This document shows, piece after piece, positions 34,137-46,664 of a stretch of DNA of 64,000 bases. The stretch covers positions 6,758,001 through 6,822,000 of the forward strand of contig CM059432.1 of assembly GCA_030390025.1 (NCBI GenBank), written 5' to 3'. The notes beneath the pieces are model-generated. The model saw only the letters and a program-made list of their open reading frames with translations, was not told the DNA's origin and searched no databases. The number at the start of each line of letters is the position of its first letter. The stretch's first letter is position 1. The stretch is from Squalus acanthias. Its lineage: Eukaryota. The position numbers and the translations under genes are program-made.

Positions 34137-35527
34137 GTCTTGGCATTTCGTGGGCTATGTGGAACATTCTTTGTTCCGGTCCTACTCAGGTCCCCGCCCT
34201 CACCTCTTTTTCCGGTACATTGATGACTGTATCGGTGCCGTTTCCTGCTCTCGCCCTGAACTAGAAAATTTCATTCACTTTGCTTCCAATTTCCACCCTT
34301 CCCTCACCTTCACATGGTCCATCTCTGACTCTTCTCTTCCCTTCCTTCATTTCTCTGTCTCCATTTCTGGCGATAGGATGTCGACAAACATCCACTACAA
34401 GCCCACTGACTCCCACAGCTACCTGGACTACACTTTCTCCCGCCCCGCTTCCTGTAAGGACTCTATTCCACTCTCCCAGTTTCTCCGTCTCCGCCGCATC
34501 TGTTCTGACGATGCCACCTTCCAAACCAGTGCTTCCGATATGTCTTCCTTTTTCCTCAACCGAGGATTCCCCTCTGCCGTGGTTGGCATGGTCCTCGACC
34601 TTGTCCGTTCCGTTTCCCGCACTTCTGCTCTCACCCCTTCTCCCTCCCAGAACCGCGATAGGGATCCCCTTGTCCTCACCTTTCACCCCACCAGCCTCCA
34701 CATTCAACGGATCATCCTCCGCCATTTCAGCCACCTCCAACGTGATCCCACCACCAAACGCATCTTCCCCTCCCCTTTCCTTTCAGCATTCCGAAGGGAC
34801 CGCTCCCTCCGCAACACCCTGGTCCACTCCTCAATCACCCCCAACAGCCCCTCCCTGCCCCACGGCACCTTCCCGTGCAAGCGCAGGAGATGCAACACCT
34901 GCCCTTTTACCTCCTCCCTTCCCACTGTCTAGGGCCCCAAACACCCCTTCCAGGTGAAACAGCGAATTACTTGTACTTCTTGCAATTTAGTATACTGTAT
35001 TCGCTTCTGACGATGCAGTCTCCTCTACATTGGGGAGACCAAACGCAGATTCAGTCTGCAAGGGTGACCCCGAGCTTCCGGTCGCTTGTCACTTGAATTC
35101 TCCGCTCCACTCCCATCTGACCTCTCCGTCCTCGGCATCATACAATGTTCCAGTGAAGCTCAACGTAAGCTTGAGGAACAGCACCTCATCTTTCGATTAG
35201 GCACTTTTCAGCCTTCTGGACTCAACATTGAGTTCAACAATTTCAGACTATAACCCCCCATTTTTTCAGGCGGCAGCTGTTGATGATTCTGCCATCCCCA
35301 TTTGCAACATTTAATCTCTTCTGCCTTCAATCCTAGCACAGACTGTGCCTTTAGTTCCTTCCTCCCCTCTCCCCCCTTTCCCTGCCTCTGCACCTGCTTA
35401 AAACCTGTTACATCTCCAACTTTTACCAGTTCTGACGAAGGGTCACAGACCTGAAACGTTAACTCTGTTTCTCTCTCCACGGATGCTGCCTGGCCTGCTG
35501 AGTGTTTCCAGCATTTTCTGTTGTTAT
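34137..35527 (+). mobile_element. Penelope-like retroelement, 5'-truncated (RT C-terminus, Cys linker, GIY-YIG, terminal repeat)
   Basis: FRYIDD, HYKPTDSHSYL, SQFLRLRRICS, CKRRRCNTC, LVYCI..LYIGETKR; 14-bp TSD TAC(A/G)CTATATACTA (34123-34136, 35528-35541). Confidence 0.93.
35428..35464 (+). ncRNA. Minimal type I hammerhead ribozyme motif (PLE family 1)
   Basis: AGTT-CTGACGA-A-GGGTC ACA GACCT-GAAAC-GTT^AACT. Confidence 0.75.
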
Positions 35528-35587
35528 TACGCTATATACTATGCCACCTAACTTAGCATTGTCAGCAAATTTAGATACACAGCTCTC

Positions 35588-35727
35588 CAATGTTGCCTTG
35601 AATTATTTTTTGGGTGCGCGGCCCATTCATAATACTGCGCATGAGCAGTTTTTCCCTATTTAAAAGCCGGTGAGTGAGCCTTCTGCACAGGCGCTGCAGA
35701 GCACCGCGCAGCCGAGAGGGAACATTG
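35588..35727. mobile_element. 140-bp hAT MITE
   Basis: TIR CAATGTT(G/C)CCT; 8-bp TSD CAGC(T/G)CTC (35580-35587, 35728-35735). Confidence 0.85.
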
Positions 35728-36049
35728 CAGCGCTCTCCTCCTTCATCCATGTCATTTATAAATGTAGTGAAAAGCTGCGATCCCAGAACAGATCTCTGGG
35801 GGAACACCACTAGCCTTGAGGCATTTTACTCTGTTAAAGGCCCTGTATAAACGCAAGTTGTTGTTGGTTCATCAAGGGATGGTGAATGCTGTATTAGAAA
35901 TTCTGCATAAAAGGGAGAGAGTTCCAATGAGACACTGAGAAAAACCTTTACAGACAGGAGTGCTGTGTGAAGCTTTGGTGCTGGCATTGTGTGTGGATGT
36001 TTTGATTTAGTGAAAAAATACTGATGCTGCTTACATTAAAAAAGTTAAG

Positions 36050-36860
36050 ATCTGGCTTAAATACTGGCAACAACTTCAGACACAGTCTTATTCAAGAGAG
36101 CATAATACAGGCCATCTTCTTCTCGTGACCTGGTCTACACTACTTGAGTCCCGAAGTAACAGATTAACCATCCCTAAAGCGTACCAAACAGGACTTCAGT
36201 ATTTCATGGAGGAAGAATTGCAGGAAAGCTTTGCAGAGCACCAAGTTGGGGAAAGTCAATCTTCCACTTCTGGACTCAAAGGCGTGCCTGACGCCACAAT
36301 CCCCAGAATAGAAACGCTGACTAAATGTGAAAACCATCAGACAGTCTAACTTGCCATGTAAACATGGTAGTACTGGAGTTCGTCAGGAGCTGGCTGGAGC
36401 CACGCTTTAAGGAACAAATGGCAGAAAAAAGAACAAGCTGGCTTGCAACCAGATCACATGTGCAGATGAGCAAGCCTTCATACTAAGAAATTCTATTTCC
36501 TGGAAATGTACTTGGAAAAACAAAAGAAGTAGTGCCATATAGTAGCAGTTTTTTTTGGTATTAAGACATTTAAAGCATGCTGGATCTCTTCAATATATAA
36601 CCATGGCCCATCCCCAGCCAATAGTGTAAATGGAAGGGAATATCTACCGACCTGAGACATTTCCTTGTCACCAGCTTTAGGAACCTAAATGAGCAATCAA
36701 GCTCTCCAGCCTTTCAGGTTGCACGTGGCCGTGACCTAAAAACAATCACCACCCGACCGATTTTTAGGATCAACAGCAAAAGTATATTGCGAGTTCCAAA
36801 AACATCAAACCAAAGACGACTAACTGCACTGCAGAAATAGATAACTGGTTGGGTTAATAA
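36050..36860 (+). mobile_element. Possible ancient L1/Tx1-type ORF2 C-terminal remnant
   Basis: FSISWRKNCRKALQSTKLGKVNLP loosely resembles the FxW..K.GGLxLP block; A-rich strand. Confidence 0.25.
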
Positions 36861-36862
36861 GC

Positions 36863-36979
36863 AGGGGTAAAAGATACACCTCTCCTTTCCATTGAACGTA
36901 ATATCAGGTGGGGTATATAACGGGCGGCCGATCCGCTACCGCCTTTTTTGTGCCCTCGCCAAAGTTGAATTTTACCTCC
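36863..36979. mobile_element. Short MITE
   Basis: GGGGTAAAA / TTTTACCTC ends; core GGGGTATA..ACGGG shared with 1800-1868. Confidence 0.45.
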
Positions 36980-37219
36980 ACTGGGAGCAGTGTGTTAAGT
37001 TGCAGTATAGAATTAAAATGACTGAAGAGCCATGTTTGGTATTTTTTCCCCAGTATCCCAGTGTTACTGGCATCTACTGAGATTTATTCTTTTTGTTTTA
37101 CAATTCATGTTTTCTCTGGAGACATATAAAATTGGTTGAAATGGCATCTTGCTTATAATGGTAACATAAATTTTGAAGTATAATGTTTTTCATGTATCTA
37201 CTGCACTGGTCATAAGTCA

Positions 37220-37712
37220 TATAGAAACATAGAAGATAGGAGCAGGAGTAGGCCATTCGGCCCCTCGAGCCTGCTCCGCCATTCGATGCGATCATGGCTG
37301 ATCATCTAAACTCAGTACCCTGTACCTGCCTTCTCCCCATATCCCTTGATACCTTTAGCTTTAAGAAATATATCTAACTCATCCTTGAATATATTTAATG
37401 ACTTCGCCTCAACTACCTTCTGTGGTAGAGAATTCCACAGGTTCACCACTCTCTGGGTGAAGAAATTCCTCCTCATTTCTGTCCTAAATGGTTTACCCGT
37501 TATCCGTAGATTATGACCCCTGGTTCTGGACTCTCCGACCATCGGGAACATTCTTCCTGCATCTAGTTTGTCCAGACCTGTCAGAATTTTAAATGTTTCG
37601 ATGAGATCCCCTCTCATTCTTCTATACTCCAGTGAGTATAAGCCCAATCGACCCAATCTCTCCTCATATGTCATTCCTGCCATCCCAGGTATCAGCCTTG
37701 TGAATCTTCGCT
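37220..37712 (-). mobile_element. CR1 3' end (same subfamily as 18715-21360)
   Basis: ORF 37312-37683 ending GYGEKAGTGY. Confidence 0.92.
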
Positions 37713-38151
37713 GTTATGTATTAATTTATACATTTGCCATCCATAGAAACACGTGTGAAATTCTGCGTTGTGAAAATACTGACTTAAAAAAAAGTGCACT
37801 AAGTATTTTGAATAATGTTTCAGTTCTTTATGCCACATTTATGTTGTTGGATTGCCCCCTCACTATTGCCTGCTAGAGGAACCACCCAAACAGATGGTTT
37901 GGGGTGACACCTCAGATACTGACATGAACGCAAAGGGGATCAGAGGCAAGCAGGACTTTTGGACGTGGGTGGGTTGCATGGCTGAAATGCTACTGTTTTT
38001 CCTGTGCAGGCCAGGGAAACACTTTGGTGTTTTCTGACATGTATTGACCTTCCCCAGCTACCTAGCTAAGTATTTGCAAATAGCAAGAACATCCAAGCCA
38101 AGAAAGGATTATTCAGCTCTTCAATCCATCCCATTCCATCCAGAGTCCAAG

Positions 38152-38475
38152 TATTTTTATTCATTCATGGGATGTGGGCGTCGCTGGCAAAGCCATAATT
38201 TATTACCCATCCCTAATTGCCCTTGAGAAGGTGGTGGTGAGCCACCATCTTGGACCGCTGCAGTCCGTGTGGTGAAGGTTCTCTCACAGTGCTGTTCGGG
38301 AAGGAGTTCCAGGATTTTGACCCAGCCACGATGAAGCAACAGCGATATATTTCCAAGTCAGGGTAGTGTGTGACTTGGAGGGGAACTTGGAGGTGATTGT
38401 GTTCCCTTGCGCCTGGTAGAGGTCGCAGGTTTGAAAGGTGCAAGTTGCTGCAGTGCATCTTGTAGATGGTACATA
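38152..38475 (-). mobile_element. Family B LINE 3' tail
   Basis: Matches 22447-22810. Confidence 0.85.
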
Positions 38476-38644
38476 AATGATCCTATCATGAACTGTACTC
38501 ACACAACGCCTGTTGATTCTCTGTATTAGAGAACTCTAATTTCCTTCCCTAACCTCCCTGAAAAATAGCATCAAGCAGTGTTATTACGTATCTTTATAAT
38601 GCTGAATCTCAACATATATTGATTCAGATGCTTTTGAAAGATAC

Positions 38645-39050
38645 CAATTGACCTTCAGAGCAAAGAAGGTTAAGGGGAGATTTGATAGAAGTGTTCAAAA
38701 TCGTGAAGGATTTTGATAGCGTAAATAAGGAGAAACTGTTTCTAGTGGCGGCAGATGGGTCGGTAACCAGAGAACATAGATTTAAGATAATTGGTGAAAG
38801 ACCCAGAGGCGACATGAGGAAAAAAACATTTTAAGCAGCGATTTGTTGTGATCTGGAATGCACTGCCTGAAAGGGTGGTGGAAGCAGATTCAATAATAAC
38901 TTTCAAAAGGGAATTGGATAATTACTTGAAGTGGAAAAACTTTCATTGCTGTGGGGAAAGAGCAGGGGAGTGGGATGAATTGGATGGCTCTTTTTTAAGA
39001 GCCGGCACAAGCACAATGGGCCGAATGGACTCCTGTATCATTCTATGATT
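38645..39050 (+). mobile_element. CR1 3' end
   Basis: RGDLIEVFKI, IWNALPERVVEA. Confidence 0.85.
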
Positions 39051-39210
39051 AACCACGAATTAACTTTCTTCATAATTCATTTGAAGAAAAACCAGCTGTT
39101 GTAGAAACTGTCCTCTGATGGAAACTGGGCAATCGCTGCAGCACCAGAATCAGGAACTGGTATAACAAAATTGCTTCAAAAATATAGATGTGCCATTGGA
39201 AAGTTGTACT

Positions 39211-39672
39211 CAACTGTGGCTCTGTGTGTAGCACACTCGCCTCTGAGACAGAAGGTTGTGGATTCAAGTCCCACTCCAGGGACTTGAGCACATAAAGCTA
39301 GGCTGACACTCCAGTGCAGTGCTGAGGGAGTGCTGCACTGTCGGAGGTGCCGTCTTTCAGATGAGACGTTAAACCGAGGCCCCGTCTGCGCTCTCAGGTG
39401 GATGTAAAAGATCCCATGGCACTATTTCGAAGAAGAGCAGGGGAGTTCTCCCCGGTGTCCTGGGGCCAATATTTATCCCTCAATCAATATAACAAAAACA
39501 GATTATCTGGTCATTATCACATTGCTGCTTGTGGGAGCTTGCTGTGCCCAAGTTGGCTGCCGCGTTTCCCACATTACGACAGTGACTCCACTTCAAAAGT
39601 ACTTAATTGATTGTAAAGCGCTTTGAGACGTCCGGTGGCCGTGAAAGGCGCTATATAAATGCAAGTCTTTTT
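39211..39672 (+). mobile_element. DeuSINE (SacSINE1-like), full length
   Basis: A-box-like TGGCTCTGTGTG, B-box-like GGATTCAAGTCCC, Deu-like body (GATGAGACGTTAAACCGAGGCCCCGTCT, TAAAAGATCCCATGGCACT), tail GGCGCTATATAAATGCAAGTCTTT. Confidence 0.88.
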
Positions 39673-40639
39673 ACTCGATGCCTCCTGTATTAAGCCTAAG
39701 CCTATATTTATATAACAAGATTGGGGGAGAAATAAGCTGCAGTCAAGTAGTTTGTCAGTCCCTACAAGGATGTTAATAAGAAAATTGGCTTGTTTTTCAG
39801 GTGGATGCAAGAAAATATGTCTACCTTTTCTTGCCATGCACTAATTGAAAATGGTACTGTATAAATATGAATAGTACTGTTTAAGCTCTTTGGGATTGGC
39901 AGCTTCACATTTTGTAAAATTAATTTCCTTCATTGAGAATAATACTTACCAGAGCTGTGGTTTTTGTGCTCTTTTGTTCTTCAACAGCTGATATTGGCAT
40001 TAAATATGTTTCGAATTTGATTATCGTGGAGCGCCCAATAATACGAGGATCTGATCCAGTAATGGCCATGAGCCACAGTGGTATGCTGTAGCTGTTTAAA
40101 ATTGGGTGTTGGCAGATATCTTTGTATATCTTTTTATTGATTCATATGTGGAGCATATTTTACCAACATTTGCCGGAAAATAAAGCAGAAATTCAGGACA
40201 AATTGTCGTCTTTATCAGTCATTGAGCCATAATAACACATTGGTTCTTTTGGCATGAGATTGGAGTTGCTGATCGCGAGATATTATTGTGGCCCATGTTT
40301 ACCAAATAAAATTATTAATTTTAAAATGCACCGCCGCAGTTCATATTAACTTCTAAGAACATTTTCCTTACACTCATTCTGCATTTAATGTGAGTTTTGA
40401 GACAGGTAAGCCCAAGAAATAAAGCTGAAAATAAATTCTCACCAATCTTTATGGCAACATGTATTTAACTTGAACTAAGGCTAAAGGTATGACCAGTAAA
40501 TGAAGCACTTACTCATTTACAGAAGATATTCTACGGATTGTAATTTGAAATTTGCTGGTGTACTGTACAATGTTTTCAATGCAATTTCTGTTCTGGAACT
40601 AAGTGTACCTCAACAGAAGGTTCACAACTACACTGCAAC

Positions 40640-41590
40640 AAAAGCTGTGTATGTTGGAAATCTGAAATAGAAGCAGAAACTGTTGGGAAACCCTCAGCAG
40701 GTCAGGCAGCATCTGTGGAGAGAGAGAAACGGAGTTTAACGTTTTAGGTCAATCATCGACCTTCGGCCTGAAACGTTGGGGGCGATTTTGTGACTGGGGG
40801 CGCATTGGAGGCGGGACTGCTGCTTGTCGGGTATTTTCCCTTGATTGACCTTGTTAAGCCCGCCCAGCAGGCTCAGCAGGCCAATCAAGGGAAAGCTGGT
40901 TGCAGATTTTTGACAGATGAATTGTCATCGTTTGACAGCTCTGTGAAGCTGTCAAACAGTGACAATCTCTGCAGTTTGATGAGGTCTTGAATACAAGACC
41001 CAATCAAACTTCTTTGCTTAACAGAATTGAGATGGTTGTTGCATCTGTGAATGCAACGGCCACCTGTCAATCTGAACGCGGAGGTCCGAGACTCTCCGCA
41101 TACAAACCGACTGAAGCCTGCAGGAAGAAACAAAGGTAAGTACACTTTTAGAAACACTTTGCACTTACCTCAGATACTCACCTCTACACTCTTGCACCCA
41201 TCACTTACCTCCACATCACGCACCCCCGCAGACCCAGTACTCGCCTCGCTGAGCTGGCGTGTTTTAATGCCTTCGGGAGGTCCGCACTTGTGAGGACAAA
41301 ATGGGGATAATCCTATTTTCTGTCTGTTAACTACCTGTTAATAGGCGGTTAATAGGTTTTAATCTCTTCCCGCCTCCAAGGAGACGGGACCCGGCGCGGG
41401 ACGGCAACCCGCCTCCTGGGAAGATGGCATGGAGGCGGGGTGGGTTGGGCACCCGCCCCCAAATTCTGCCATTTTCCCGGCAGTCCCGCCTCCCCAGGGC
41501 TGGCAAAATCGCCCCGTTAACTCTGTTTCTGTCTCCACAGATGCTGCCTGATCATCTGAGGGTTTCCAGCATTTTCTGTTTCTGTTTAAA
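40640..41590. mobile_element. Two PLE terminal repeats in inverted orientation (40640-40750 minus; 40760-40777 + 41516-41590 plus)
   Basis: CAGCAGGTCAGGCAGCATCTGTGGAGA versus TCTCCACAGATGCTGCCTGA. Confidence 0.8.
40778..41515. mobile_element. Harbinger-like MITE
   Basis: 12-bp TIR GGGGCGATTTTG / CAAAATCGCCCC; 3-bp TSD GTT. Confidence 0.85.
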
Positions 41591-41852
41591 ACTATACTGT
41601 CTCTCTGGAGGGATGTCCACTCTGGAAATAATCTAAACATTGGATAATGCTACCTCTTAGATAACATAGGTCTTTCTGTCCATCTCTAATGCAATGTCAG
41701 CTCGGCTTGCAATCAACTAAAAATGTCTTGAGTCACCCTGGCTTCAGGCCCCAGTACTTAGTTTCGCACAATTCTGGAAATTACATCGTTTGTGACCGCA
41801 GTCTCTCTTTCCTGGATTCCTGTTGGACCTACATTTTTCTTAAAGTAACATT

Positions 41853-43015
41853 GGGCCAAATCTTCCTGGGGAGTTCACGACGCACACTTATTAATGCGCA
41901 AATCGGCCAGCACGTTCAGGGGATTAAGCCTTACCTAATCATTGCATAATCTCCAGAACTTGTTAGTGCGAAGCAAATCGACCAACGGCATCTCGCCCTC
42001 AACCAACCTCCCTGTTATTTTTAAGAACTTGCTGGATTTGCACATTAATTGCCCATTAAACTCATCGCAGCTCATACTTAACACTGTAGGTACCCTTTTA
42101 ACAATGTGGTAATTGTTATTGCAATTCCAGTCAACCTCTCCGGCCCAGAAAGGGAACAATTTAAAATGTTCAGTCTCATTCCTGCATGTATTAAATTTTT
42201 CTCAGCGATCTTAAAAATTTCAAATTTTAAATTTCAAATTTTTTATTTTACTTTTCCTTACTGTCTCTTTTCTCTATCTTAATGCAGCCTTTCTTCCCCT
42301 CTCTTTATTCTCTTTCTGTACTTGATTTGACTCTAATTGACCCTTCAATCTCAGTTGGTAGCACCCTCGCCTCTGAGTCAGAAGGTTGTGGGTTCAAGTC
42401 CCACTCCAGAGACTTGAGCACAAAAATCTCGGCTGACACTCCAGTGCAGTGCTGAGGGAGTGCTGCACTGTCGGAGGTGCCGCCTTTCAGATGAGATGTT
42501 AAACTGAGGCCCCGTCTGCTCTCTCGGGGAATGTAAAAGATCCAATGGCACTATTTCAAAGAAGTTCAGGGGAGTTATCCCCGGTGTCCTGGCCAATATT
42601 TACCCTCAATCAACATCACTAAAAACAGATGATCTGGTCATTATCACATTGCTGTTTGTGGGAGCTTGCTGTGCACAAATTAGCTGCCACGTTTCCTACA
42701 TTACAATAAAGACTACACTTCAAAAAGTACTTCATTGGCTGTAAAGTGCTTTGGGGTGTCCTGAGGTCACGAAAGGCGCTTATAGAAATGCAAGTCTTTT
42801 TTTTCTTTTCCGTTGTTTCTCTGTTTCTTGTTCAATCCTTAAATCTCATTGGTTAAAGAGATACACCATTGTTCACCAAGGTCCCCAGATGCCCTGTTAT
42901 CAGCTTGCACTTCCAGCAAGTTATGGCGTAAATTATATTCAAGCAGACTGGCGCAGGACTAAGTCTAAGTAATGGAGCACACCGCGAGATGCCCTGCTCC
43001 AGCAAGATTTGGCTT
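41853..43015. mobile_element. Harbinger-like MITE containing a SINE
   Basis: TIRs GGGCCAAATCTTCCTGG / CCAGCAAGATTTGGCTT; homologous to 26947-27670. Confidence 0.78.
42349..42810 (+). mobile_element. DeuSINE (SacSINE1-like)
   Basis: B-box GGTTCAAGTCCC; collinear with 39211-39672. Confidence 0.88.
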
Positions 43016-43234
43016 AATGTCTTTTTTTTTTAACCGTTACTTTTTACCACTTCTCATAGCCAAAAGAACTTTGTAAGGTTTGTGGAGGAGTTAGCAGAAT
43101 AAAGTGTAGGAATCATGGTTAATGCAGCAAAAGATACATTGTGACCAAATGCTGAAGAAAAATTAGCTGTTCTTTATTAAATAGCGTGGTGCTATTTAAA
43201 CACATCCAAATTGTAATACTTTGATAGTGTAAGT

Positions 43235-44411
43235 CTTCTCTTCTTAGGCAGTCCCTCGGAACCGAGGATGACTTGCTTCCACATTAAAAATGAGTTCGCA
43301 GGTGACTGATGAGTCCAATGCGGGACCTGCAGTCTCTGTCACAGGTGGGGCAGACGGTGGTTGAAGGGGTGGGTGGGTGGGGTGCTTGGGTTGGCGTGCG
43401 CTCCTTGCGCTGCCTGCGCTTGGCTTCCGCTTGCTCCTGGCGAAGAGACTCGAGGTGTTCGGCGCCTTCCCGGATGCTTCTCCTCCATTTTGTGCGGTCT
43501 TGGGCCAGGAATTCCCAGGTGTCGGTGGGGATGTTACACTTTTTCAAGAAGGCTTTGAGGGTGCCCTTGAAGCGTTTCCTCTGCCCACCTGGGGCTCTCT
43601 TGCCGTGCCGGAGCTCCGAGTGGAGTGCTTGTTTTGGGAGTCTCGTATCGGGCATGCGGACAATGTGACTCGTCCATCGGAGCTGATCGAGCGTGGTCAA
43701 AGCTTCAATGCTGGGGATGTTGGCCTGAGCGAGAACACAGACGTCGGTGCGCCTATCCTGCCAATGGATTTGCAGGATCTTGCGGAGGCAGCATTGGTGG
43801 TACCTCTCCAGTGCTTTGAGGTGCCTGCTGTACATGGTCCATGTCTCTGAGGCGTGCAGGAGGGCAGGTATTACTACTGCTCTGTAGACCATGAGCTTAG
43901 TGCCGGGTTTGAGGTCCTGGTCTTCAAACACTCTCTTCCTCAGGCGACCGAAGGCTGCACTGGCACACTGAAGGCAGTGTTGGACTTCGTCGTCGACGGC
44001 TGCCCTTGTTGACAGTAGGCTCCCGAGGTATGGAAAGTGGTCCACGTTGTCCAAGGCCTTGTCGTGGATTTTGATAATTGGAGGGCAGTACTGTGTAGCG
44101 GGGGCAGGCTGGTAGAGGACCTTTGTCTTACGGATGTTTAGCTCATGCTCTCGTACGCTTCGGTGAAGGTGTTGACGATGATTTGGAGTTCGACCTCTGA
44201 GTGAGCGCAGACGCAAGCGTCGTCTGCATACTGTAATTCGACGACAGAGGATGGGACGACCTTGGATCTGGACTGGAGGCGACGGAGGTTGAACAGTTTC
44301 CCGTTTGTTCTGTAAATTAGCTCCACTCCAGCGGGGAGCTTACTGAGGGTGAGATGGAGCATTGCAGCAAGGAAAATCGAGAAGAGCGTTGGCGCGATGA
44401 CACAGCCTTGC
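43235..44411 (-). mobile_element. RTE-clade LINE, 5'-truncated
   Basis: KQGCVIAP, QYADD, LNIRKTK, FPYLGS, RLPKQAL, C-terminal CPTC..HLRTH; one frameshift near 44140; 14-bp TSD TTGATAGTGTAAGT (43221-43234, 44412-44425). Confidence 0.93.
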
Positions 44412-45559
44412 TTGATAGTGTAAGTACTGCTTTTGCGGCCAGCCAGGCCTGGTTCAGTGAGGTACACGTGTACCACAGAATTTCATTTCATATATATCAG
44501 GAAAGCCAAGGCTCAATAAAATAAAGAAAATTGACAAGTTGAAAGCCCGTTATGATTCAGGTAACTACAGGGTAAATTCATCAATCTCTTGTTCCTAACG
44601 AGGTACGTTGCACTACAAGGGCATGGGTGGGAGACTTGGTTTACAATACCCGAGCGAGTTCTTTGACCCTGTTTGGCCATTGAGTGAGGCTCTGCTGGCT
44701 GGAGTGTCGGATCACTGAATAAACCGTTATATGGAATGAGCATGTTCATTGGCATTGATTGTCTTTGAGAAACTCTCCTTTGGGCAGAGCAGCAGCACCA
44801 GATTATTCAGCTGCAAGTGATGTAATTGTAATTTTGCTAGTAGATTCAAAATGGTTAGTGTATCTCAAATGTTGCAGTACAGAACACTGCCAGTTTACCC
44901 TTCAAACTTTTTGCATCTTCCCTGTTTGGATTAATAAAGATAAATGATTAGGCTTGGCAATGATAAAGCTTGAAAGGCTTCAGTTGATTTTAATTTGACA
45001 TTTGTAATAAATCTTGTAATGACAATCATGTGTTTCTTCACTGAAACATCCAATTTTACGTTGGCCACGGGTTAAGCCAGCTGCCAAGAGCTTTCCATAC
45101 AAATTTCTAAAGCCTAAGGTCAGCAGTTTAGTTCCATGCTTCTAGCATTTGGCACTTACTCTGTTGAGCTTGGTTGGATACGGATACATAAGAAACAAAT
45201 TGCACACAGCTCTCAGTTTGGTCTTCTGTAGCCTTACATCACTTGTTTTGTTACACAGTGTACATTAGATATTTAGGTCACGTCAAGTATTGCACACAAG
45301 GGTTTTGAAATTTTGCAACAGAAGTAACAGGAAGAGCTTTTTACATTAGTAATGATATTGCAGAAAATTTTGTTTGATTTGGCTGCCTCCGTTTTCATGG
45401 CAAAATTTATGAAAGAGAATTACACGGTTCCTCTGATCCCTCAAAAAGAAAATACTGTAGTCGGGGTAACTAAGGAAAGAAAAGTTTGTACACGAACATT
45501 TTTTTCAAGAAATGAAATCGTACCTTTTTGATATTGTAGCATTTTGACTGCTGGTCCGG

Positions 45560-46290
45560 ATCTGAGCTTCTCTGCCTCCCTGCCCACCTCCTCCCATCTA
45601 CTTCCAAATCTTGTGAATGTCCCTTTTTTTTCCTGGTCCCCACCTTACAAGTTCCCTATTCCTTACTCCATGCCTATGTTGATTTCCCACTCCTTCTGCC
45701 ACTACGCTTTCCACTGAAACACCATTTTGCCGCAGTCCCAGGTTCTTGAATTTTCTTGACAGACCCACTTTCACCGTCTGCTTTAACTTGGGCATCCTCT
45801 GCCATGCTCACTTCGGCCATGCCCTACCGCTTCCAAGCAAAATCACCCAAGCGGCCCCATTCTGCTCCTGATGTTTATCCCCCATCCATGGCCTCATTAT
45901 AGAGGGCCACGTGGCCATTCTGGGCCTGAAAGAACTTACTGATGGTGACTCCTTCCCTATCACCAAGGCCACCCTGTACAGCTGCACATTTCAACTGACC
46001 GTGTTCCTGAAGTTCAACTTCCAATTACTTTCTCTCACCCCTTCCTCGTACATCAGCCACCTCTGCAGAGTCTAGCCTGTGGGTTGCTTATTGACTGGCC
46101 TGGCTATCTACTGTCAGATGTGGCTCGACCACTTCAAGCAGTGTTGTCACTCCCATTCTACAACCAAAGCCTCCTAATTGTTGCAGCATCATCTTGGACC
46201 TCAAGACTCACCTAAACTCATTTTCTCCACCACTGTCTGGCTCTTTAAACCTTCTTCAACCTCCAACCTCATCTCTGACACCAAATGTGA
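45560..46290 (+). mobile_element. Probable ancient L2 remnant
   Basis: C/T-rich strand with L2-like phrases; no clean motif. Confidence 0.3.
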
Positions 46291-46664
46291 GGACATTGTG
46301 ACAGGAGCAGAGCTCCATTCTGCTTCGAATAATAAAATGCTTATTTTTCCTTTATTTTTTCAATTGTGCTCAAGGTTATGCCATTGTCTTTCAACTCATT
46401 TGTTTCAAGATAGGAGCTATTTTGCCTTTCTGGCTACAAAATGGAGGTCAGGTGCTGAGGGTCTGAGTGATGTAGGTCTGATTGACTTGCAGATTAGACT
46501 AGGTAAGAAATACAAACTAAAGAACATATTTTTAAACATCTTGTGAACAAATTCAATCTCTTGTTACATTTAGCTATGACTATCTTGTTTTTTTTTTGCT
46601 TCTGTGTATTCCTAATTCTTGTAAATAAATTCAACTTGTTGCTTTATCCTGAATCATATAGCCT

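Larger units (their letters stand above)
33165..35812 (-). mobile_element. CR1 3' portion hosting three nested insertions
   Basis: ORF 33331-33678; RT motifs continue at 33790-34136, 35528-35587 and 35728-35812. Confidence 0.85.

Noticed and set aside
39211..39290. tRNA gene (also 42349 and 51233)
   Set aside because: A/B boxes continue into SINE bodies; no complete cloverleaf evident.
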